Below are positions 54,632-64,000 of a stretch of 64,000 nucleotides of DNA, piece by piece. The DNA comes from Octopus vulgaris (taxonomy: Eukaryota): positions 5,952,001-6,016,000 of the forward strand of contig OX597834.1 in NCBI GenBank assembly GCA_951406725.2, written 5' to 3'. Below the pieces are notes generated by a model, which saw only the letters and a list, made by a program, of their open reading frames with translations, did no database searches and was not told the origin of the DNA. A program made the translations under genes and the position numbers. Positions within the stretch are counted from its first letter, which is position 1. Every line of letters starts with the position of its first letter.

Positions 54632-55432
54632 TTCAGTAGTTTTATTTTTATAGCGTGCTTTCACTTCACTACCGAGCGCAGCTCTGTGTGCCTTGGGTAT
54701 GTGCTGTGATTTGTTGTGATGCTCTGATGGTTATTGTATGGAAAGTGTTCTGCGTAGGATGTGTGCAGTGCCTAGTAGTGCAATTTTCTGTATGCTATAT
54801 GTGTTTGTGAAGGCGCATGGCTCAGTGGTTAGAGCGTCGAGCTTACGATCGTGAGGTTGTGAGCTCGAATCCCGGACCGGGCTGCGTGTTGTGTTCTCAA
54901 GCAAGGCACTTAATTTCACGTTGCTCCAGTTCCACTCATCTTTTGTATTTCGATTTCCAGGTCCTTATATTTACTAAGTTTGTCAAATTCCTTTACAGAT
55001 ACATTTTTACCAGTGGGGACGCTGGTACCCTATTAGTCTGCAGGTATTTTCTTCCTGTCTTTAACAATTTGCCCGGACTTGTGTCTAGGAGAGTAACTTT
55101 CTAGGTGCAATCCCATGGTCATTCATGACCGAAGGGGGTCTTTACCCTATATGTGTTTGTAAGTCCTGGTGTTTTTGTTATGTATTTGTCTGAATATTTT
55201 TTTATCATGCCTAATGCACTTACTATGATAGGAATTGTTTCTGTTTTCAGCACAGGACATCTCGAAACGTGATGGTCTATTGTTTCCTCAAATGTGTCGC
55301 AGAATCTTTGCATTTAGAGTCAGTTTCTCCATTTCTTTTAGAGACACGTTAGCCTATTGATTTCAATGGTAGAAAGCATTTTCTTGTGCTTCTTCATTCT
55401 TCCTTCTTCTTCTGCTTTCAATCCAGAGCTCT
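54632..55432 (-). mobile_element. R4/Dong-like internally deleted 3' fragment
   Basis: KCKDS..FEETIDHHVSRCPVL|KTETIPIIVSALGMIKK..IQKIALLGTAHILRRTLS; bounded by (ATT)n. Confidence 0.82.
54809..55146 (+). mobile_element. tRNA-derived SINE inserted in the R4 fragment
   Basis: A box tggctcagtgg, B-box-like agctcgaatccc; 14-bp TSD ctatatgtgtttgt (54795-54808, 55147-55160). Confidence 0.88.
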
Positions 55433-55482
55433 TCATTATTATTGATTATTATTATTATTATTGTTGCTTATTATTATTATTA

Positions 55483-55531
<49 letters not shown>

Positions 55532-55542
55532 CATCATTATTA

Positions 55543-55812
55543 TTCAGTAGTCTCATTTTTATCACATGCTTTCACTGCAATACAGAGCACAGCTGTGTGT
55601 GCCTTGGCTATGTGCTGTGGTTTGTTATGATGCTCTTATTTTCACTGTATTGAAAGTGTTTTACGTAGGATGTGTGCGGTGCCTAGTAGTACAATTTTCT
55701 GTATGTTACATACACTTATAAGTCCTGGTGTTTTGGTTATGTATTTGTCTGAATATTTTTTTTATCATACCTAATGCGCCTACAATGGTAGGAATTGTTT
55801 CTGTTTTTAGGC
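55543..55812 (-). mobile_element. Second R4/Dong-like 3' end
   Basis: LKTETIPTIVGALGMIKK...IQKIVLLGTAHILRKTLS; 3' end in (ATT)n. Confidence 0.82.
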
Positions 55813-57025
55813 TCTTATCTTCCTCCTCCTCCTCCTCCTCCTCATTATTATTATTATTATCATTATTATTATTACTACTATTATTGTTATCACCAAGGTG
55901 ACAAGCTGGAAGAATCCTTGGTAAGCCATGCAAAATGCTTAGCAATATTTTGTCCATTTTCATGTTTTGAGTTCAAATGCTCCCAGGGTTGACTTAGCCT
56001 TTTATCCTTTAGGGGTCAATAAAATAAGTACCAGTTGAGCACTGGTGTCAATGTAATCAACTTATCCCCTCCTCTGAAATTGCTGGCCTTGTGCCAAAAT
56101 TTGAAATCAATACATGACTGCAATATCCGATGTGTACTGCCCATTTTTATAGCAGCAGGACCTTATTCGAGGGAATATTGGGGTCGATATAATTGATTTA
56201 ACTGCTTTCCTTAAATGACTGGCTTTGTGCCAAAATTTGAGATCATTATTATTATTATTATCACTTAAGAAGTTAGTAAATGTTTACTCTGTCGGAGAGT
56301 ATTCATAAAGAACACACAAACACACACAAAAAAAAAATAATAATTACAAATATAAATTCATTTGAAAAAATAATTTGTTGTTATTTAAAATTAAACGAAA
56401 ATGCTAAAAAAAAAATATTAGTTGAGATTAAGTTTCACTGTATTTCTGTTGACATTTATTTTCTTTCAAAAAAACCCTGATAACCTGAAAATAAATTAAA
56501 AATATATTTCATTTAAAAAATAATTTGTTCTTATCATTAAAAAAAGTAGTCACAACATTAAATTTCTCTGTTTTTCAGTTTCTCTATAAATATGTATTTT
56601 TACAAATATTTTTCCACACCGTGTCTTTCGGTGTATTTGTTGTTTACGTTGTTTACAGTGTTTACAATCAATTTCTTCTTTGGTTAATTTGGTGCTTTCA
56701 GCAGCAACTATGTTTTTGGTAAATTTGTTGTATTCCATATACTAGCATCATCATCATCATCATCGTTGCTTTAACATCTGCTTTTCTATGCCGGCATGGG
56801 TCCGATGGAATTTGTTGATGTGGATGTTTTTTTTATGGCCAAATGTCCTCAACTGTTGCCAACCCTCACCTGTTTCGAAGTAAGGCAATATTTCCTCATG
56901 ACTAGACACCTTTTCACAGAATTCCAGAAATAAAGGGCACTACTTGCATGGCAGTGGCATTCTTTTACAAAATCATGCAATATTAAGGCAAGGAAACAGC
57001 AATGCACACACATACATACATACAT

Positions 57026-57572
57026 GGTGGCTGCCCCCTCGTTAACGAGTATGGCCGTTGCACGAAGCTTAATCAATATTGTTATCGTGCAATGCCTGTG
57101 CAAGAAAATTATATTTTAAAGTGAGGAAAGGCTGTGCACTGAGTCAATCCCACTCACTAAGCAACAGCAGCCATAATCCGAAAAGAAGAACAAGTCAACA
57201 ACATCGGTAACCACTGAGCCTCAGGTTTTATGTTGGAGTTATCCCAGTTAACTTCTCCTAGAAGGATGCCCTCACAAAGGCTAGGAGTCCTTCACTCCCA
57301 ATGGTTTAACCACGTGATCGGGTATTCAGTCCGATTATTTCTATGTCCCCGCGCATGATACAGCCTTAAGACATTTATTGGATGGCCGTTGAATCTCAAG
57401 GGTTCCTCCGCCCTTTGACGGGTTTTGTTTTTCATCCCGCAGGGTATCCAATAAACACCCTCCTCACCAAGCAAGCTTGGTGGGGTTGCCGGTTTAGTCG
57501 CCGACGACCCGACCATTCAACAGGTTGTACTGGGTTACATGTTACCAGTAGCACTCGATAGTGACCTGACAT
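57026..57572 (-). mobile_element. RTE-related non-autonomous element inside (CATA)n
   Basis: Minus-strand tagcctttgtgagggcatccttctaggagaag resembles the RTE 5'UTR motif; ends in (tatg)n; no ORF. Confidence 0.55.
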
Positions 57573-57692
57573 AACATGCATACATGCATACATGCATACA
57601 TACATACATATATACATAATACATACATACATACTTGCATACATACATACATACATACATACATACATACATACATACATACATAATATACG

Positions 57693-57843
57693 CAGGCATA
57701 AGTGTGGCAGTGTGGTAAGAAGCTTGCTTCTCAGCCACATGGTCCAGGGTTCAGTCCCACTGTGTGGCACCTTGGGCAAGTGTCTTCAACAAAAGCCTTG
57801 TGAGTGGATTTGGTAGATGAAAACTGAAAGAAGTCCATCGTGC

Positions 57844-57881
<38 letters not shown>

Positions 57882-58149
57882 ATACATACACACACACACA
57901 CATATATACAAAACACATTAACAGACCCTAAAAGATTGCTTTAAGATACACCGCATCTTTTATAAATATGCCTTCTGGAGTGGCTATAGGTGCAGGCGTG
58001 GCTGTGTGATAAGTAGCTTGCTTACCAACCACATGGTCCTGTGTTTAGTTCCACTGCATGGCATCTTGGGCAAGTGTCTTCTACTATAGCCTAGGACCAA
58101 CCAAAGATTTGTGAGTGGATTTGGTAGACAGAAACTGAAAGAAATCCGT

Positions 58150-58160
<11 letters not shown>
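57693..58160 (+). mobile_element. Two SINE family A 5' halves (57693-57845, 57987-58155)
   Basis: Family A heads ending in (TA)n. Confidence 0.85.
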
Positions 58161-58199
<39 letters not shown>

Positions 58200-58201
<2 letters not shown>

Positions 58202-58388
58202 GGAGTAAACACATAAATGTGAAACAAGGTGGAAAAAAGAGTACTAAAATACCAGTGGTAGAGTAATATGCTTTATTTAAAGCAGCAGAAAATTCAACAA
58301 AACCTACCAAAAACTGTCCAATGAACGGCAATGGGAAACTCAGAGTAACAGGTTTTGTTGAATTTTCTGCTTCTTTAAATAAAGTATT
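58200..58388. mobile_element. Family P3 asymmetric inverted-repeat element with decayed hammerhead (58309-58357 +)
   Basis: Arms ctttatttaaagcagcagaaaattcaacaaaacct / aggttttgttgaattttctgcttctttaaataaag; ctgt-CCAATGA-...-GAAA-ctc(a)gag-TA-acag. Confidence 0.65.
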
Positions 58389-58420
58389 TATATATATATA
58401 TATGTATATATATGTGTGTG

Positions 58421-58730
58421 TACAGGGTGTCCCAAAAACAGTATGCACACTTTAGCAGCTGATAACTCTACTGAGACTTTTTCTTTCCACATGAAACCCA
58501 CTGGAATTAATGAAGCTTTGAACAAAGGAAATTCATTCTAAGATGCTCCTGGAAGTGTGAAAATGCAGTTGAAGTGCAAAGACAATTTAAGAGGGAGTTT
58601 CAAACAGATCTCTTAATGCTACTTACCAGTTTGAAGCCAATAGAACTGTTTAGAATGTCCATGAGAAGCATTCTGGAAGACCACAAACATTGACAGACCC
58701 CACAAAGCAACATATCACCAAAGATGTAAC
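58421..58730 (+). mobile_element. Tc1/mariner-type element left end with transposase remnant
   Basis: TA|CAGGGTGTCCCAAAA terminus; FEANRTV*NVHEKHSGRPQT remnant. Confidence 0.6.
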
Positions 58731-58925
58731 TACATGTGGACCGTTGGTGATATTTGTTTCTTGTTTTTTTTTCTTTCTTTTGGACTTTCCTATGTCTCCT
58801 GTTTCCAAAGAAGAGCTTTGCTCGAAATGTAAAACAACCACTCTTTCCTTTCCTTTTCTGAGCATTTTATTAATACTTTGCATGTTTTTACCTGTTGTCT
58901 TTTTATCCCTATTTTTTAAAAATTA

Positions 58926-58983
<58 letters not shown>

Positions 58984-59129
58984 TAAATGCCACACGCTGT
59001 TAAATGACTTACTTCTAGACTTGCTTTCGGTTTCGATATGTTTATTTTAGTAGTTTTGACTTTAAGAGTCCCTCCTAGAATGTGGCATTTATGTGTAATA
59101 ATGCCCTCTATAAAATAAAAAATGAATAC

Positions 59130-59357
59130 ATTTAAAGGAAAGACAAGAAAAGACGTCAACAAGAAACTATGACATTACAACCAGCCAGGAACAGTCTTCG
59201 CTACATTTGCGGCCCCTTCCAGAGGGAGTGTTTGTCCAGGATAGGACTACACAGCCACAACAGGACATGTATTAGGACATGAATTGTAAAAGCCGGACTA
59301 GATTATTTTAAGCGCAACTCCATTGTCTCCCAAGGCAAAAAGGATGCCAACAACAAT
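59130..59357 (+). mobile_element. RTE LINE 3' end with C-terminal zinc finger
   Basis: KDKKRRQQE...YICGPFQRECLSRIGLHSHNRTC; 3'UTR ccattgtctc...aaggatgcc(aac)n. Confidence 0.8.
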
Positions 59358-60265
59358 ATATATGTATATATGTGTGTGTGTGTCTATGTGACTATGTTTG
59401 TCCCACCAACATCACCACCACATGACAACTGGTGTAGGTGCATATATGTACCCGTAGCTTAGAGGTTTTGGCAAAAGTCAACCAATAGAATAAGTACCAG
59501 TTCTGGAGTTGATCTATTTGACAAAAATTTCAAGGCAGTGCTCCAGCATGGCTGCAATCAAATGGCTGAAACAAGTAAAAGAATATATACTGTGGGGCTG
59601 ATAATTTGGGTTAAAACCTATGCTGTGTCACCTTGGCTAAGTGTAATCTGCCATAGCTTCAAGCAAACCAAATCTTTGAGAGTGGATTTGATGGACGGAA
59701 ACTGAAAGAAGCCTGTTATATATATTGTATATATATTTTTGTATATATGCATAATGTATAAGCGTGGAAATGTGTTGGTGAATATTTTTGTGTTTTTTTT
59801 TTACTTGATATCAAGCGATGGTTGCAAACATGTACCCCGCCCCATCCTACAAACAATGTACGTGTTTGTGTGTATGCATCTGTGTGTGTGTGTGTGTATG
59901 CACAATAGTGTGTGTGTGTGAAGGGAATGGTCATTATGAAAATAAAACCTTAATTTTCATCTGAAGGAAAATGAGACATTAAAATATATTTGATTAATTA
60001 TACAAATGATTTAAATGTGTAAGACAACACATAACTATAGAATAAGTAGAATTAGTAATATATTGCAAATGTGACCAGCATTATCTCGTAATAAGTGCCA
60101 CCACCGCCTCTGCCATCACCACCACCACCACCACCACCACCACCATCATCATCATCAGCATTGTCATCATTACTACTGACATCTTTACATTGATCATCAT
60201 TCTAATTGATATTCTATTCTGTGAATTTGTGTGTTTGCACACACATATACATAAATACATATATG

Positions 60266-60665
<400 letters not shown>

Positions 60666-60716
60666 ACACACACACAGACACACACCTACATGTATATGTA
60701 TATACATACAAATATA

Positions 60717-60748
<32 letters not shown>

Positions 60749-61385
60749 CATGCGCTTGTGTGTGTACCTGTGCGATTATGCGTGTGAAGTTGATTTTCCC
60801 TCTTGAATACTAATAGGAATTTACCATTTTTGGCTCTCAATTCGATAACAGTTGCCATTTCAAGATGTCAGTGGCATCATTCTTGGCCATCCATTTATTT
60901 AACCATCTCCGTCTTCGACACCACCATCAACACCACCCACACCATCATCATCATCATCATCATCATCATCATTATGATGGTCATAGTCAGTTGTTGCTGT
61001 CATTGTTATCAATGTTTCCCGCCCCCCTCCTCTTATTCACCCTGCACCCCACCCCTCACTTTACTTCTTTCCTCATCGTCACCTTTCTTTCTCCTATTGG
61101 AGAAAATTAATTTTACATTTTCTTCTTGTCTTCATCATCATCATCAACATCATCATCATCATCATCATCATTATTATAGCATCTTTGGCCTCATGAGTGG
61201 AATTTGGTTGATGCAAACTTTCCAGAAGCCCATTGAGTGTGTGTGTGTGTGTGTGCATTTGTTCTTACATAGTGAGAGAAGTGGGGGAGAGAGAAAGAGG
61301 CAATTAGATGGATAGATAGACAGACAGATAGACACATAGGTAGGTAGATATACGTATATATATGTCCTTACTGAATCAGCAATTG

Positions 61386-61436
<51 letters not shown>

Positions 61437-61707
61437 CACGCATCGAGTTGAACCAAGGGCAGCTAATGAAGGGGAGTATTCCTTGTATTGTTTGTCTTGT
61501 ACTCTGTTTTTTCGTTGTTAAAAAAAGTCCGTTTCCTTGTTTGTTTTTATGTTTTTGTTTCTCGTTGTGTTCTACGTTTATTTGTGGTGTCCTGTACTCA
61601 TATATATATATATATGCATGTATATATACATATAGATGTAGGTATGTACATATATGTATGTATGTATGCATATGTTTTATTTGTTAAATTGTTATTATAT
61701 ATATATA

Positions 61708-62213
61708 CTAGCAGTATCGCCCGGCGTTGCTCGGGTTTGTAAGGGAAATAACTATATAAGCATTTTTAGAGAGTTACTTCCCTTATAAATTCGGGCTTTC
61801 TTAGCCATTTTTGTTTTGGTGTCTTCAAGCCATGAAGTCGTTGTTCTAAAAGAACGCTGGTTTCCTTCACAACGCATTACGACGTTGATTTCTTTACACT
61901 CCCTTCCCCACAGCTTCACGAGGGAGGGAAGGGGGAGAAGCAAACAGGTGCAGCTGTGAGCGTGGACGCCAACTCCGCCGCCATCGACATACGATGCATT
62001 TTATGCTTTAAAATGGAATAAAAAATGATGTTAAATTATTTTTAAAATCGTAGACTCATCGTTGACGCGCGCTAATAGTCAGACGGGCTTGATAAGAATC
62101 ACGACTATAAGATACCCGAATTTGGTTAAACTGCACCGCAAAATGTGGGAGGAGTTAGGAATCTAAATCGAAGGGGACAGACACTCACACAACTAGAGTT
62201 TTATATATATAGA
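61708..62213 (-). mobile_element. Non-autonomous Helitron
   Basis: 5' TC, 3' hairpin plus CTAG; both ends homologous to 37461-37848. Confidence 0.82.
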
Positions 62214-62221
62214 TATATATA

Positions 62222-62577
62222 CTAGCAGTTAAGCCCAGTTTCACCCAGTCTGTTTGGATGATGTGGCTGTGATCGTTTTTGGTTAGGCATAATCTATATC
62301 AGCGTTTCTCAACCTTATCATTTCGGGTCCCCTGTTTCGATTGAAGCCTTCAGCTGTATGAAAATTTCTCCCCCCACCCACATCAGAAAACAGCTTCAGA
62401 TCGATTTTCTTGGTAAGTATGGGGGCTAGGAAAAAAAATACAAACTGCATTCCAATCTATGCACCCGTCTTCACATGTGTGCTATTTTTCATATGAATCC
62501 ACCCAGCCATTTGGCTGTGAACCTCAAGACAAGAAAGAATACAACGATTGCCAATGTCCAATTTATATTATAGAAGA
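62222..62577 (-). mobile_element. Second, older Helitron-like element in tandem
   Basis: a|CTAGcag start, degenerate hairpin, ends tatagaaGA|t. Confidence 0.55.
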
Positions 62578-62584
62578 TATAATA

Positions 62585-63050
62585 TGAGAAAGATATGCCA
62601 TAATATACATCTGGAAGATCCTAGAAGGACTTGTCCCAAACTTTGGCATCGAGAGTTACACAAATACTAGAACTGGGTGCCATTGCATAGTGCCAAGGAC
62701 TCCAAATTTGCCATCAAGTTGTAGGACAAGATACTGTGATAGCCTGGGCTTTAGAGGCCCACAGCTCTTCAATATCCTCTCGAAGAACCTGAGAGACCTG
62801 CATGGGGTGGATGCAGATGTCTTTAAAATAAAACTGGATCTCTTTTTATGTCAGATGTCCCAGATGAACCAACTTCACGGCAGGAGGTGCAGATGAAGGC
62901 AGCTGCATCAAACTCTCTCATGCACCAAATGGCAATTGCTAAAAAGCATTTGTGAAGTAAAATCATGTAGCAACACCAAATGGCGGTGCCCCAGAATGGC
63001 CACAGCTCGTGAGCTGAAACTAGATAAAATAAAAAAATAAATAAAAATAA
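62585..63050 (+). mobile_element. CR1-group LINE 3' end
   Basis: ERYAIIYIWKILEGLVPNFG...GFRGPQLFNIL..FKIKLDLFL..VPDEP; 3'UTR ggcggtgccccagaatggccacagctcgtgagctgaaactag(ataaa)n. Confidence 0.88.
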
Positions 63051-63057
63051 GATTATA

Positions 63058-63129
<72 letters not shown>

Positions 63130-63699
63130 GGACTGTTTGCAATTAAGGAGTTAGTTTCATTCCAACCACATAGTTTCATTTTTAGTCTCATCATGCCTGT
63201 AAACTGGCAATATCCAGTCCAAATGTTCTATCTATTTTATATTGTAACTGGCCAGATCTTGCTTCTCAGACTTATTCTGCTATGTCAATCTTAAGATAAG
63301 TAATCCCTTCATTAAAATATTTAAAACTACAAGATAATCCAAGATCAATTCCAAAAACGAGGAAAACATGAATGAGCTCTTCATTTGAGAGAGAGCAATT
63401 TGAATGTTGAAGGGTTTTGGTGAATGCTTTCTACAATAGCACAAGGCTGACCAAAACCTTGTGAGTGGACTCTGTTGATAAAAACTGAACAGAAACCCAT
63501 CATATATCTCTCTCTCTTTCTATATATATCCTCCTCCTCCTCCTCCTCATCATCATCATCGTTTTATATGTCAATAGCATGGGTGCCACTTATGTGTCAT
63601 TGGTGCAGGTGCCTTTTTCATGCCCCTGGCACAAGTGCCTTTTTCATGCTGCTGGCACAGGTGCCTTTCGCACATGACCGGCACCAGTCATGGCTACAA

Positions 63700-63865
63700 T
63701 TTCCCTTAGCTTGACATGTCTTTTCAAGCAGAGCAATTCACCAGAAATCTCAATTACTTGTCATCACCTCTGTGTGACTTCACATCCGAAGACCACATTT
63801 CTCCACATCATCCAAAGTCTTCCTGGGTCTACCTCTTCCACAGGTTCATTCCACAATTATAGACC
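63700..63865 (-). mobile_element. RTE 3' fragment (decayed)
   Basis: IVE*TCGRGRPRKTLD on minus. Confidence 0.6.
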
Positions 63866-64000
63866 AGCACAGCAAAAAAAAAAAAAATGTAGTTCTAGGT
63901 GCATTAGATCCAAAACACAGATTAGAATACCTTTGATCATAGGCAGCTCTGTCTCAGGGTTAAAATGGAGCTAAACAAGAGCAGCATCAACATGTGTGAA

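Overview
AT-rich, repeat-saturated eukaryotic non-coding DNA. The SINE inventory and the long (TA)n/(CATA)n/(TAA)n/(TATC)n microsatellites look like Octopus (my recognition, not a database result). I find no intact protein-coding gene; nearly all supplied ORFs are microsatellite or SINE read-throughs. The window holds: dozens of tRNA-derived SINEs from at least 5 families (my labels A, B, C, E, F) plus a headless (TAA)n-associated repeat (D); decayed RTE, CR1-group, R4/Dong-like and Penelope retroelement fragments; a Tc1 fragment; TTAA (piggyBac-type) MITEs; non-autonomous Helitrons; a solo LTR; 5S and 28S rRNA pseudogenes; and a near full-length fossil KIAA1586-like hAT transposase split by nested insertions. 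The most interesting signal is a set of short non-autonomous elements built as asymmetric head-to-head inverted repeats, four of them with 10-12 bp TSDs. These, and related single-arm copies, carry minimal hammerhead-ribozyme motifs whose core 3:8 pair covaries (C-G, U-A, G-C). One also has a tRNA-derived Pol III head. All coordinates were counted by eye; ends without a TSD may be off by 10-20 nt.
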